Source: Candidatus Krumholzibacteriia bacterium (GTDB lineage: Bacteria; Krumholzibacteriota; Krumholzibacteriia; JAJRXK01). From it: a stretch of DNA of 64,000 bases. Shown here piece after piece: positions 30,930-40,816 of this stretch (its first letter is position 1; each line of letters opens with the position of its first letter). Under the pieces are notes generated by a model. That model was given only the letters and a program-made list of their open reading frames with translations. It had not been told where the DNA came from and searched no databases. The DNA is taken from NCBI GenBank assembly GCA_041484665.1, contig JBGPIA010000001.1, forward strand, positions 384,001 through 448,000, given 5' to 3'. The position numbers and the translations under genes were made by a program.

Positions 30930-32204
30930 CTACTTCTTGCCGCCGCCCCAGTTGACGGTTGCGCTGAGCATGGCGAACGCCGCCTGGTCGCCGCCGCCCA
31001 GGAAGTTCGCGCCCTGCAGCACGCGCTGCTCATTGAGCGCAGCGTCCAGCAGGAAGTTGTCGCCGATCGCCACGCTGGCGCCGGCCACCCACGAGAAGTC
31101 GTAGGTCCGGTCAAAGATCTCGACCTCGGGGTTGCCTTGCGCATCACTGCGGTGGAAGTTGTAGACCGAGCGCACGCCGCCCCGCACGGCCCACCGGCCA
31201 TGGATGTATTCCATCGAGCCGGTGAAGCCAGGCACGGTGAAGTACCGAATGTCGGTCTGGCTATTGGGAGTCGGAGGCTCCTCCTTCAGCGCCTGGTTGC
31301 CCACGTTGAGCTGGGCAGCTACCTGCCAGGTCTCGGGAGCGTTGCGCCAAATCGGCCCGAAGCCGACGATCCACGAGTTGGTCGACTCCTTGAATTGGGC
31401 CACCGGATCGGTGTCCAGGTCCTCCTTGTCGGAGCCGTGGTTGAAGGCCCCCAGCACGCACCACTCGTACCCGCCCATCTCGTGGTAGTGGCGTAGGGCG
31501 AGGGTCCACTGCGTGTAGTCACCCGAGAGGTCGGGGTCCGGATCGGCCGACGCGCGCGGGCCCTTCAGGCCGCTCTTGCCCATACCGATTTCGGCGCCGA
31601 TGTCGGTCTTCTCGTTGCCCCAGCTGGCCTGGACGTGGAATACGTGGGCGAACTCGTCGTTGGTCGTGACCGCTCCACCCGTGGGCGTGCTGACGGTCTT
31701 GTCGGCGACCCGGCCCACACCGACACGCACGCCCAGCTCGGAGCTATCGAGGGCCCACGCGAACCCGGCATCGACCCAATTGAACTGGAACGGATCGAGG
31801 TTCGTCGGACCCGACCCATGGACGCTCACCAGCGGGCTGAAGAGACCCCGATCGTTGCCGCCCCAGAACCCGGAGGCGAGCCCGTTGAGGAAGTCGCCAC
31901 GGGAGGCGCTCAGGTTCAGCGCCCACTGCTCGCTGCCGAAGATCAGCGTGGCGCTGCCGCTGGCGTCGACGGGGCCCCCTGCGGGCGGCGAGTAGTTGCC
32001 GTTTTCGCCACCCATGTCGATGGTCATCCGGTCGCGGTACCGGAGATTGTGGTGGGGGAAGATGTTGACGTCATCCGGGTCCGTGATCTGGAGGTTGCCT
32101 GCAAGACCGGAGCGCCTTGCCGCCTGAGCATCCTCCAGCATCAGGGTCGGAATGAGAATGCTCAACGAGATGAGCGCTAGAGCGCGCCAAAGAGGAGACT
32201 TCAT
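30930..32204 (-). CDS. Putative outer-membrane beta-barrel protein
   Basis: AAAGGAG RBS; signal peptide ending AQA; alternating Gly/aromatic beta strands; last strand 'LSATVNW'. Confidence 0.65.
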   Translation of the reverse strand: MKSPLWRALALISLSILIPTLMLEDAQAARRSGLAGNLQITDPDDVNIFPHHNLRYRDRMTIDMGGENGNYSPPAGGPVDASGSATLIFGSEQWALNLSASRGDFLNGLASGFWGGNDRGLFSPLVSVHGSGPTNLDPFQFNWVDAGFAWALDSSELGVRVGVGRVADKTVSTPTGGAVTTNDEFAHVFHVQASWGNEKTDIGAEIGMGKSGLKGPRASADPDPDLSGDYTQWTLALRHYHEMGGYEWCVLGAFNHGSDKEDLDTDPVAQFKESTNSWIVGFGPIWRNAPETWQVAAQLNVGNQALKEEPPTPNSQTDIRYFTVPGFTGSMEYIHGRWAVRGGVRSVYNFHRSDAQGNPEVEIFDRTYDFSWVAGASVAIGDNFLLDAALNEQRVLQGANFLGGGDQAAFAMLSATVNWGGGKK

Positions 32205-32354
32205 TCTCCGACTCCTTTAAGTCTCGAGAGACTGACCGTGTGCCGGCGCCGCCTTCCCTCCGCAACGAAAGTGTGCGGCGAAGCAGCGACGCGGAGGACA
32301 GCGTGCGTGACTGCGCGTGCGGGCGCTCGACGGCTGTCCGGCCGAACCGCGCAG

Positions 32355-32385
32355 AAGTTAGTAGCCGGGGCATATGCCCTGTCAA
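32355..32385 (-). promoter_or_regulatory. Sigma70-type promoter with a palindrome in the spacer
   Basis: TTGACA (32385-32380), then TACTAA (16-nt spacer) or TAACTT (19-nt spacer); perfect dyad GGGCATATGCCC at 32368-32379; AT-rich upstream tract. Confidence 0.45.
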
Positions 32386-32537
32386 CGCAAAATGTGGATT
32401 CTGCTTCAGATTTAGCTAAACTTTTCCGGTGAGGAATCCGGCGGGCCGCGGGAGCCAGCGCGCTTGAATCGCCGGCGGACACTGGCTAGCGTTGGCACAA
32501 ACCGCGGGTGCCGCGCGCCCGATCGACGGGAGGATCC

Positions 32538-33479
32538 ATGACGTCGCTGAAGCTCGAGCCCCAAACGCTGAGCGCCTCACTGCTGGAGCTGATCCGACGC
32601 ACCAGCAGCGATCTTCCGCCCGACATCGTGGCCGCGCTGCGCGCTGGCCGACAGGCCGAACAGAATGGCACGACGGCGGCGGGCGCTCTGGACACCATCG
32701 CGTGCAACATCGACGCGGCCAGCGTCTTGTCGGCGCCACTGTGCCAGGACACGGGCATGTTGAAGTTCTACGTGCACTGCCCCGTCGGCTTCGACCAACT
32801 CGCCTTCCGCGATGCCGCCGAGTGGGCCACGGCCGAGGCGACCAAGGCGGGCTTCCTGCGCCAGAATAGCGTCGACAGCCTCACCGGACGCAACACGGGG
32901 ACCAACCTGGGCCCCGGCACGCCACAGTTCCACTTCGCGCAGTGGCGGCACGGCGAGGTGGACGTGCGGCTGATCCAGAAGGGCGGGGGCTGCGAGAACG
33001 TGGGCGCGCAGTACGCGCTGCCGCGCGCCTTCGAGGAGTTCGGCGGTGCCACGGCGGGCCGCGACCTGCAGGGCGCCCGACTCGCGATCCTGCACGCCGT
33101 CTGGTCGGCGCAGGGCAAGGGGTGCGCCCCGGGCTACATCGGCGTCTGCATCGGCAGCGACCGTGCGGCGGGTTACGACGTGGCCAAGGAGCAGCTCCTG
33201 CGCACGATCGGTGACCGTAACCCGGTGATCGAGCTCGACAGTCTCGAACGCGAGCTGGCCGACGTCTGCAACGGTCTGGGCATCGGCCCCATGGGTTTCG
33301 GCGGCAAGACGACCGTGTTGGGCGTCAAGATCGCCGCCCGCAACCGGCTGCCAGCGAGCTTCTTCGTGTCGGTGACCTACGGCTGTTGGGCGCACCGGCG
33401 GCGCGGCGTGGTACTGTCGCAGGACGGCGCGCCGCTACGCTGGCTCTACGAGACCGAGCACGAGGAGGTGCTGGAGTGA
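32538..33479 (+). CDS. Fe-S fumarate/tartrate hydro-lyase, alpha subunit
   Basis: 'PLCQDTG', 'KGGGCEN', 'GIGPMGFGG', 'CWAHRR'; GGAGG RBS. Confidence 0.92.
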   Translation: MTSLKLEPQTLSASLLELIRRTSSDLPPDIVAALRAGRQAEQNGTTAAGALDTIACNIDAASVLSAPLCQDTGMLKFYVHCPVGFDQLAFRDAAEWATAEATKAGFLRQNSVDSLTGRNTGTNLGPGTPQFHFAQWRHGEVDVRLIQKGGGCENVGAQYALPRAFEEFGGATAGRDLQGARLAILHAVWSAQGKGCAPGYIGVCIGSDRAAGYDVAKEQLLRTIGDRNPVIELDSLERELADVCNGLGIGPMGFGGKTTVLGVKIAARNRLPASFFVSVTYGCWAHRRRGVVLSQDGAPLRWLYETEHEEVLE

Positions 33480-34078
33480 GCCGCAGCGTGGAACTCACAC
33501 CGCCGCTGGACGAGGCCGCCGTGCGTGCGCTGCGCGCGGGCGACGAAGTGCGCATCACGGGCCTGCTCTATACGGGCCGCGACGCAGTGCACAAGTATCT
33601 CCACGACGGGGGCAAGGCCCCCTTCGATTTGCGCGGGGGCATCCTCTACCACTGCGGACCGGTGGTGCTGGAGCAGGACGGCGGGTACATCGTCAAAGCG
33701 GCGGGTCCCACGACCTCCATCCGCGAGGAGCCGTATCAGGGCGAGCTGATGGAGCGCCTGGGCATCCGCGCGGTGATCGGCAAGGGCGGCATGGGCGCGA
33801 AGACCCTGGCCGCCTGCCAGCGCGTTGGCGCCGTCTACCTGCACGCGATCGGCGGCGCCGCGCAGGTCTACGCCGCCAACGTCGTGCGTGTCGTCGACGT
33901 GGCGCTGCGTGAGTTCGGCTCGCCGGAGGCGATGTGGGTGCTGCAGGTGAAGGACTTCGCGGCGGTCGTTACCATGGATAGCCACGGCCGCAGCCTCCAC
34001 CAGGAGGTCTCGGCGGCGAGCCTCGCGGCGCTGCGGGCAACGCTGCAGACAGGCGGGACCACCCCGCGCCCCCGCTAG
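33476..34078 (+). CDS. Fe-S fumarate/tartrate hydro-lyase, beta subunit
   Basis: 'TGRDAVH', 'YHCGP', 'AGPTTSIR', 'IGKGGM', 'MDSHG'; GTGA overlap with the alpha subunit. Confidence 0.92.
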   Translation: MSRSVELTPPLDEAAVRALRAGDEVRITGLLYTGRDAVHKYLHDGGKAPFDLRGGILYHCGPVVLEQDGGYIVKAAGPTTSIREEPYQGELMERLGIRAVIGKGGMGAKTLAACQRVGAVYLHAIGGAAQVYAANVVRVVDVALREFGSPEAMWVLQVKDFAAVVTMDSHGRSLHQEVSAASLAALRATLQTGGTTPRPR

Positions 34079-34127
34079 CCGAGCGCCCCTGGTCCAAAGC
34101 GAGAAGAGCCACCCTCCGGAACCGTCC

Positions 34128-36416
34128 ATGCCCAAGGCCTCCCGCCGGTCCCCACAGACCAAGGCTCCCGTCGCCGTCAAGGGCGCCGCCCGTCCGGCGA
34201 TCGCGGCGGCACGGGCACAAGCGCCCGTGTCCGCCTCCCCGCCCGACTCACGGGGCCGCGCCGACGCGGCGCTCCTGTGCCTGCTCGCGCTCGCGGTGCG
34301 CCTGCCCAACCTGGGCTGGGGGCTGCCGAACGTGGAGGAGGAGGCCCTCCCCATGAAGAAGGCCTTCGAGATGTGGGGGTGGGACGCCGGGCGCGTGAAC
34401 TTCAATCCACAGACCGTCGGGTGGCCATCGCTGTCGTTCTACGTGCACCTGCTGCTGCAGAAGCTCTATTACCTCGCTGGCCGGATGTTCGGGACCTTCG
34501 AGAATCGCCTCGATTACTACGTCGAGTTCCTCGTGGACAACAGCCGGCTGGTGGTGATCTCGCGGCTGGTGGGGGTGTTGGCGGCGGTGGGGACCGTGTA
34601 CGTGGCCTGGCGCGTCGCCGCGCGCTTGACCGGACGATTCGGCGGGATCCTGGTCGGGCTGCTGCTGGCCCTCTCGCCCATGCTCGTGGAACACGCCCAG
34701 CAGATCACGCCGGACATTCTGCTGGTGTTCTTCTCGGCGGCGGCGGGCGGCCGGCTCGTGGACATCTACGAGCGTGGGCGCGTCCGCGACTACGTGTGGG
34801 CGGCGGTCTGGATCGCGCTGGGAGCCGCCAGCAAGTACACGCCGGTGTTGCTGACCGGTGTGCTCTACGCGACGCACCTGATGCGCAGACACGCGGAGGG
34901 ACGCTCGCTAAAACTGCTGGGGATCGAGGACCGGCGGCTGTGGCTCGCGGCGCTGTTCTGCGCGCTCGTCTTCTGCGCCACCAGTCCGTACCTCTTCACC
35001 GACATGTCGGTGCTCAAGCGCGATTTCGGCTACCAGGCGATGCACATGAAGCAGGGGCACTTCGGTCAGGACAGCCACGCCTCGGGTTATTGGTACTACG
35101 TCTCGAAGGTGCTGCCCCACGCGCTGGGGCTGCCGGCACTGGTGCTGGGCGTCGTCGGGCTGGGCTGGGCCGGGCTGCGGCTGCGCGGCCGCTGGACGGT
35201 GGTGCTGCTGAGCGGATTGGTCTTCTACGCCGTGCTCGGCGCGTTGAGCACCCGCTTCGACCGATACATGCTCCCCGTCCTGATGCCCCTCGCGCTGGGA
35301 GTGGCGGGGCTGTGGGCGGTGTTGCAGCCGCGGCTCGCGCGCGTTTCCGGGCGGGCTCGCCGCGCGACCGCGGCCGGGCTGGGCCTGATCACAGTGGGGC
35401 CGGCCACGTGGGGGACCCTCGAATACCACCGGGTGGAGAGCGCTCCCAGCACGCAGTGGCTCACCAAGCAGTACGTGACGCAGGAGCTGCCGCGCGATCG
35501 CAATTTCTTCGCCGCCGAGCTCTACACCATCGAGCTGCCGTCGACTGAGGTCCAGGAGCAGATCAAGAGCTCCATCGTCTACCTGCAGATGTCTGAACGG
35601 CAGCGCCACCGGCTGTTGGACATGCGGACCTACGAGTACACGTTCCTGCCCATGTACTCTACGCGCGTGCAGCTGAGCGCGTTCTACTACGACCTGCGCC
35701 ATTTCGAGGTCTACGACTACTTGCTCACCTCGGGCGCCGTGCGCCGCCGCTACGAGGCGAATCCCAGTCGGTTCCCCCAACAGGTGCAGTTCTACAAGGA
35801 CCTGGATACCTACGCCGAGCTGGTGAAGGACGTTGCTCCCCATGGGCGCAACCGCGGGCCCGAGATCCGCATCTACCGTCTCACCGACGTGGGCAAGCAG
35901 AGGCTGATCGCCGACCGCGGCCGCCTGGCCCCGAGATGGTACCTGCCTTACGTCGAGCGGCTCCACGCCCCCCATTTCACGGCGTTCCTCGAGTCGGTCG
36001 GGGGGCACTGTTACGCGCGCGGCCGCTTCGACCTGGCCGACCGCTTCTACGAGGCGCTGCTGGAGACCAGCACGCCCGCTGACCGCGCCCGCTGGCTCTT
36101 CCGACTGGGTTACGTGAAGATGCAGACCCATCAGATCGATGCGGCGGCTCCGCTGTTCGAGGAGTACCTCCGCAGCAGTCCCGACGATGGGTCCGCGCTG
36201 GCGAATCTGGGGCTGCTCTACGTGCGTCAGGGCAAGATCGAGCAGGGGCGCGGCCTGCTGCAGAAAGTGGCATCGCTGGATCCCGCCGGGCAGCTCGCGG
36301 GGTGGGCGCGCGAGCAGCTGGCCCGCCTGGACCGCGGCGCTGGCAGCGAGGACGCCAGCGCGCCTCCTGCGCCCCCTGGGAGTGGCGGCGGCGGTCCGCG
36401 GGAAGGCGGCGGCTAG
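34128..36416 (+). CDS. GT-C glycosyltransferase (ArnT/PMT-like) with C-terminal TPRs
   Basis: Polytopic membrane region; acidic 'PNVEEE' loop after TM1; 'ASKY', 'RFDRYMLP'; TPR 'ALANLGLLY'. Confidence 0.75.
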   Translation: MPKASRRSPQTKAPVAVKGAARPAIAAARAQAPVSASPPDSRGRADAALLCLLALAVRLPNLGWGLPNVEEEALPMKKAFEMWGWDAGRVNFNPQTVGWPSLSFYVHLLLQKLYYLAGRMFGTFENRLDYYVEFLVDNSRLVVISRLVGVLAAVGTVYVAWRVAARLTGRFGGILVGLLLALSPMLVEHAQQITPDILLVFFSAAAGGRLVDIYERGRVRDYVWAAVWIALGAASKYTPVLLTGVLYATHLMRRHAEGRSLKLLGIEDRRLWLAALFCALVFCATSPYLFTDMSVLKRDFGYQAMHMKQGHFGQDSHASGYWYYVSKVLPHALGLPALVLGVVGLGWAGLRLRGRWTVVLLSGLVFYAVLGALSTRFDRYMLPVLMPLALGVAGLWAVLQPRLARVSGRARRATAAGLGLITVGPATWGTLEYHRVESAPSTQWLTKQYVTQELPRDRNFFAAELYTIELPSTEVQEQIKSSIVYLQMSERQRHRLLDMRTYEYTFLPMYSTRVQLSAFYYDLRHFEVYDYLLTSGAVRRRYEANPSRFPQQVQFYKDLDTYAELVKDVAPHGRNRGPEIRIYRLTDVGKQRLIADRGRLAPRWYLPYVERLHAPHFTAFLESVGGHCYARGRFDLADRFYEALLETSTPADRARWLFRLGYVKMQTHQIDAAAPLFEEYLRSSPDDGSALANLGLLYVRQGKIEQGRGLLQKVASLDPAGQLAGWAREQLARLDRGAGSEDASAPPAPPGSGGGGPREGGG

Positions 36417-37192
36417 CGCGCCCCGGACGGATCGGTCGCGAAGCGAGACTTCATCGCGCCGAAGCTCACCGTCTCCACGGGCACTTGCTTCGACACGCTG
36501 GTCAGCCGGTAGTCGACCCAATCCCAGATGCTCGCCCCGAGCGCGGGCAGGGCCACCGATCCGATCACCAGCCGCCCCGCGTCGAGGTCACCCAAGGCCA
36601 TGGGCCGGGCTCGCAACACGGGCGCGCCGTCGATGGCAACGCTGATCGTCTCGGCGGGATCCTCGACGCTGCTGGCCTTGGTCAGCTCGATCTCGCGGAA
36701 GCCGGAGAGATCCACATCCACGGTCCCCATCCAGCGCCACTCGTTGGTGCCCGTGCGCTCCACCAATTCCACGTGCTCGGGATAGAGCCGCAGCACTGCC
36801 TGCAGGTGCGGCCGCGCAACCTCCATCACCGCGGCACGGCCCTCCAGGTTCGAGATGACCCGGACGCGCGCGGTGAGCGTGATCCGGTGCTCCGGCTGGG
36901 GAATCCCCAGCATCGTCTCATAGGCGATCCGGTCGTCGCTCGTGTTGTCGTTGAGCAAGAGCGTCTGATCCGCCAGCAGGATCACCGGCGCCGTGCCCAA
37001 CTTGGTCCAGGGAGCGAGATCGTTCTCCGGAAGGATCCCCATGTCGTAGCGCTGCTCGGCGAAGGTGAGCTCCGCCGCGCTGGCGGGGAGCGCGACGGCA
37101 CATGCGGTCAGGGCGCCCAGCGCAGACAGCGCGCAACGCGACGGGAATCCTGGCCTGCGGGGCGCAACAGTGCCGGCGTTGGCTGGGCGCAC
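36413..37192 (-). CDS. Secreted beta-rich hypothetical protein with a C-terminal 'PVExxSFGAMK' motif
   Basis: GGAGGT RBS before GTG; signal peptide ending 'PASA|A'; ends 'VPVETVSFGAMKSRF'. Confidence 0.65.
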   Translation of the reverse strand: MRPANAGTVAPRRPGFPSRCALSALGALTACAVALPASAAELTFAEQRYDMGILPENDLAPWTKLGTAPVILLADQTLLLNDNTSDDRIAYETMLGIPQPEHRITLTARVRVISNLEGRAAVMEVARPHLQAVLRLYPEHVELVERTGTNEWRWMGTVDVDLSGFREIELTKASSVEDPAETISVAIDGAPVLRARPMALGDLDAGRLVIGSVALPALGASIWDWVDYRLTSVSKQVPVETVSFGAMKSRFATDPSGAR

Positions 37193-37563
37193 CGATACCT
37201 CCAAGGACCACCAGGCCGCCATGGCGGGCAGCCGGCGTGGGCGAGACCCGCAGCGGTGCGTGCGGGCTTTGAGTCTAACATCCAGCGATGGAACAGGGGG
37301 GCATTTCGGCCCCTGCGGCCCGGGGGAGACGGCCGGGGAGAGGGGGGCCGGCCAGCGAGGCTCCAGTCGCCGGCCGGGCCACACCGCTCTCCCCAAGCCA
37401 GTCGGAGGGGCCGCACCGGGGAACGGCAGGTCGGCCAAGGCCCTGCGTCTTCTCAAGAAGACGCAGAATGCCGGGAATCTCCCCCTGCGATCCCAGGGCC
37501 CCGATCGGGGCCCGGCGCCGGTCGACGCACGGGCCAGGTACGCTTTGTGCAGCCCGGCCAAGC

Positions 37564-38274
37564 GTGAACGAGGCGTCCAGGGTCAAAGGGCCGCATCAGC
37601 GGGCGGCCCGAGCGCGCCGGCGAGGCCGCCCTGCGGCGGTGCGCCCACACGCGGCTGCCGCGCTGTGCGCACTGCTGGGTGCCGCGATCCTCACGGGCGG
37701 CTGCGCCACCCCGCCGCGCGGCGTGTCCCCGGACGACGACCCCATGGACGCAGCTCCGGTGCCGGCCGCGGCCACGAACTCCCTGCCGCCCGCGCCAGCG
37801 TCCGGGGCAGCCACGGACCCGGCGCCGTCCTCAGGTGGCCAACCCTCGCCAGGGGGCAGCAGTTTCCGAGCGCCAGCTCTGCAGCTCCGGGCCAGCTCCG
37901 GCGGGCTCGCGCGCGCGGTGGTCCAGACGGCTCACGGTTACGTTGGCGTCCCCTACCGGCGCGGCGGCATCGACCAGCGGGGCATCGATTGCTCGGGGCT
38001 GGTCTGCGCGGTCTTCTCCGCCGTTCGCATCGAGCTTCCCCGTACCTGCGTCGAGCAGGCCGAGATGGGCCGTCGGGTGCCGCTGCGCGAGATCCGCCCA
38101 GGCGACCTGCTGTTCTTCGGCCACAAGGACGGTCGTGTGACGCACGTCGGCATCTACGCCGGCGAGGGCGCCTTCATCCATGCCAGCGGCAGCGAGGGCC
38201 GCGTGCGCGTGGACGACCTGGGCAGCAGCTACTTCGCCGCTCGCCTGACGGGCGCTCGGCGCGTCCTCCCTTGA
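37564..38274 (+). CDS. NlpC/P60 (C40) cell-wall peptidase lipoprotein
   Basis: Lipobox-like 'LTGGC'; 'GVPYRRGG...GIDCSGLV', 'HVGIY', 'FIHAS'; start may be GTG 37639. Confidence 0.88.
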   Translation: MNEASRVKGPHQRAARARRRGRPAAVRPHAAAALCALLGAAILTGGCATPPRGVSPDDDPMDAAPVPAAATNSLPPAPASGAATDPAPSSGGQPSPGGSSFRAPALQLRASSGGLARAVVQTAHGYVGVPYRRGGIDQRGIDCSGLVCAVFSAVRIELPRTCVEQAEMGRRVPLREIRPGDLLFFGHKDGRVTHVGIYAGEGAFIHASGSEGRVRVDDLGSSYFAARLTGARRVLP

Positions 38275-40430
38275 GTCCCACCCTGCCGCCCGCACCGGTT
38301 GAGAGCGCCCCACCCACGAGCGAGCATCTCGCCGGCCGCGCGGCGCGGGCGTATCGCGTGGGTGAGGCGGAGGCTGCGGCGGACGCACTCGCAGGCCTGC
38401 TGCGCGCTGTTCCCGACCCGCCACCCCAGGGGCTGCACGAGCCGCTGCGCGAGCTGCTCGCTGCCGTGCAGCGGCAGGATCCGCTGGCCTGCGCCGACCT
38501 GCTGGAGGATGCGTTCGCAACCGCCCTCGGTTGGCGTGCTCCGATGGCCGAGCGGGACGCGCTCCCCATCGATCCCGCGCGGCTGGGCGCGAGTTTGCGC
38601 CTGCGCCACGAAGCGGGGGCCGGGCGCCGTCTTCCGATCCTCGAGCGGCGGGGGGACGATGGGCAGTGGCGGCGTGCGGTCAGCGCAGTCGCGCCGCGCC
38701 GCGAGGCAAAGCTGCAGGCGCAGTGCATCGACGCGCAACGCGGCGCCGATGCGATCCTCTTGCTGGGCGTGACGGAGGGGCCGCTATTGTCCGCCCTGCG
38801 GCGGTGTCCGGGGCCGGCCATCGTCGCCTGGGACCCGTTGGGCGTGCCAGGGGCTGCGGAGGGTGACGACAGCGGTGAGCGTGACAGCCACCGCGATCGC
38901 GCGGGCAACATCCATGGGAACGCCGGCACTGCTGCCGGCGGCGATGAGATTGAGGGTGGTGACGCCGACCCCGGCGGCCGCGCTACGGCCGCCGGGCGGC
39001 GACTGATCACCATGGATCCGGCGACTCCGGTCGATCCCGCCGCACTGCGCTCGCTGCTCCTTGCGGCGGGCATCGCCGGTTCGCGGGTGGCCTGCTGGAT
39101 CCATCCTGCGCTGGCGGGCAGCGAGCGCGCGCGGGCCTTCGCCTGGGCAGCATGTGCCACCGCACTGGAGTCGAAGGCGGCGCCCCGCGAGAGTTCGACG
39201 CGCGGTCGCGGCGTCCCGGCTCCAACGCCCTGCGCTCGCACACGCCAATTCTCCCGACTGCGCGTTTGCTTGCTCACGCGAGGGCGGCCTTTCCACGGGG
39301 AGCGCGGGCTTGCCTCTGCCTTGCGCGCCTTGGGTCACGACGTGCACGAGGAAGCGATCGGCTCCGCGCCGGAGGATGCTCGCGCCGCGCACGAGATCGC
39401 CCGGCGCGCTCCGGATCTGATCGTCTGCATCAACGGCGCCGCGCTGGCGCGCGGCCCGATCAGCGCCGAGCTCCTGCGGCAACGGCAGCTGCCAACCGTG
39501 CTCTGGTTCGTGGACGACCCCGAGCCGGCGCTGCGCGACCCCTCGCGCTTCGTGCATTCCAGCGTGCTGGCGCTGGCGTGGGAACGCGAAGCCGTGGCAC
39601 GGCTGCGGCGCTGGGGCTTCGCGGGGGCGGCCTACCTACCGCTGGCGGCGGCCCCGCGGATGCTCCTGCCCGGGACGCCGCGGGCGAGTCGTCCGCCGGG
39701 GCAAGCAGCAGTGCCTCCGCTGGCCATGGTGGGCAGTAGCTATGCGGGTCCGGATCGGCGACGACTGCACGCCGCGGCCCCCGCCGCACCGCGCGCCGTA
39801 CTGCTGGAGGAGCGCCTCGTCGCGCTGCTGCTCGCCGACGCGCGCCTGGCTCCCTGCTCGGCTCTGGAGGGCCTGCTCCGCACGCAGCCGGTGGATGCGC
39901 GCCCGAGCGCGGACGATGCGCTGTTCATGCGCGTGAAGGCGGCCGACCGCGTAGCCGCTGCGCGCCGCGCCGGGCTGGCGCGCGCGCTGCTGCCACTGGG
40001 CCTGCGGATCTACGGCGACCGAGCGGGCTGGCGAACGCTGCTGGGAGACAGTGCTGCGCTCCATGGCGATCTCGCCTACGACGACGAGGTGCCCGCGCTG
40101 TACGGCAGCGCCGGGCTGGTCGTGGATCTCGCCCATCCGCAGATGCCCACTGCGGTCACGCAGCGCGTCTTCGACGTCCCGGCGTGCTGCGGCGCCATCC
40201 TCGCCGACGACCGCCCCGATCTGCGGGAGCAACTCGAGGTCGGCAAGGAGGCTCTGGCCTTCACCGAGCCGCAACAGGCCGCCGAGCTTGCGGCGTGGTG
40301 GCTGCGCCACGATCTGCAGCGAGCGCGCCTGGCCGAGGCCGGCCGCCGCCGCGTGCTCGCAGAGCATACGTGGGCACACCGCGCGGCGCGGTTGCTGTCT
40401 CTGGCCGGCGAGGCCTTCGGCCGCTGGTGA
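38271..40430 (+). CDS. Glycosyltransferase (CgeB/DUF3880-like GT-B) with a long N-terminal region
   Basis: 'LWFVDDP', 'YLPLAA', 'QMPTAVTQRVFDVPACCG', 'RVLAEHTWAHR'; TTG overlaps the NlpC stop. Confidence 0.75.
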   Translation: MSPTLPPAPVESAPPTSEHLAGRAARAYRVGEAEAAADALAGLLRAVPDPPPQGLHEPLRELLAAVQRQDPLACADLLEDAFATALGWRAPMAERDALPIDPARLGASLRLRHEAGAGRRLPILERRGDDGQWRRAVSAVAPRREAKLQAQCIDAQRGADAILLLGVTEGPLLSALRRCPGPAIVAWDPLGVPGAAEGDDSGERDSHRDRAGNIHGNAGTAAGGDEIEGGDADPGGRATAAGRRLITMDPATPVDPAALRSLLLAAGIAGSRVACWIHPALAGSERARAFAWAACATALESKAAPRESSTRGRGVPAPTPCARTRQFSRLRVCLLTRGRPFHGERGLASALRALGHDVHEEAIGSAPEDARAAHEIARRAPDLIVCINGAALARGPISAELLRQRQLPTVLWFVDDPEPALRDPSRFVHSSVLALAWEREAVARLRRWGFAGAAYLPLAAAPRMLLPGTPRASRPPGQAAVPPLAMVGSSYAGPDRRRLHAAAPAAPRAVLLEERLVALLLADARLAPCSALEGLLRTQPVDARPSADDALFMRVKAADRVAAARRAGLARALLPLGLRIYGDRAGWRTLLGDSAALHGDLAYDDEVPALYGSAGLVVDLAHPQMPTAVTQRVFDVPACCGAILADDRPDLREQLEVGKEALAFTEPQQAAELAAWWLRHDLQRARLAEAGRRRVLAEHTWAHRAARLLSLAGEAFGRW

Positions 40431-40596
40431 GGCGGGCCGCAGGGGCGTCCCGCGTGGCGCGGAGCGATCGGCCGCGCTCGAGCACGCGGGACATCGCAGT
40501 GGGCTGCTGCGGGCCGGTGTCGCCATGCACGCCGCCGACCGCGCGGACGAGCGCGTTGGGCGGGCGAGCAGCAGAACGCGACCAACGAGGGGCGAA

Positions 40597-40660
40597 CAAC
40601 AGAAATGGGGAGTGGGCCGTCCCTCTAGGGCCTGGCCCACTCCCCCACCTGTCCTTCCGA
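40597..40660 (-). ncRNA. Candidate ~60-nt sigma54-dependent small RNA
   Basis: Bounded by a -24/-12 motif at 40671-40686 and a 12-bp terminator stem (40607-40645) followed by ATTTCTGTT; no convincing ORF. Confidence 0.35.
40598..40645 (-). terminator. Intrinsic terminator hairpin
   Basis: GGGGAGTGGGCC/GGCCCACTCCCC perfect 12-bp stem with a T-rich tail on the minus strand. Confidence 0.65.
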
Positions 40661-40670
40661 TCCGCTGCCC

Positions 40671-40686
40671 AGCAGAGCGCGTGCCA
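40671..40686 (-). promoter_or_regulatory. Putative sigma54 promoter
   Basis: CTGGCACGCGCTCTGCT versus consensus YTGGCACGNNNNTTGCW; intergenic. Confidence 0.5.
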
Positions 40687-40816
40687 GGACGCGATTCGTT
40701 GTCCTGCCGCCACTTAGAGCGGCCCTGGGGCGCGGCTCTGTCCCGACAGGTCCACCGCTTGTCCCAGCAGGGACAAGCGCCCGCGCGAGCCCGCGCCGGC
40801 CGCCCTCGGCGTGCGT

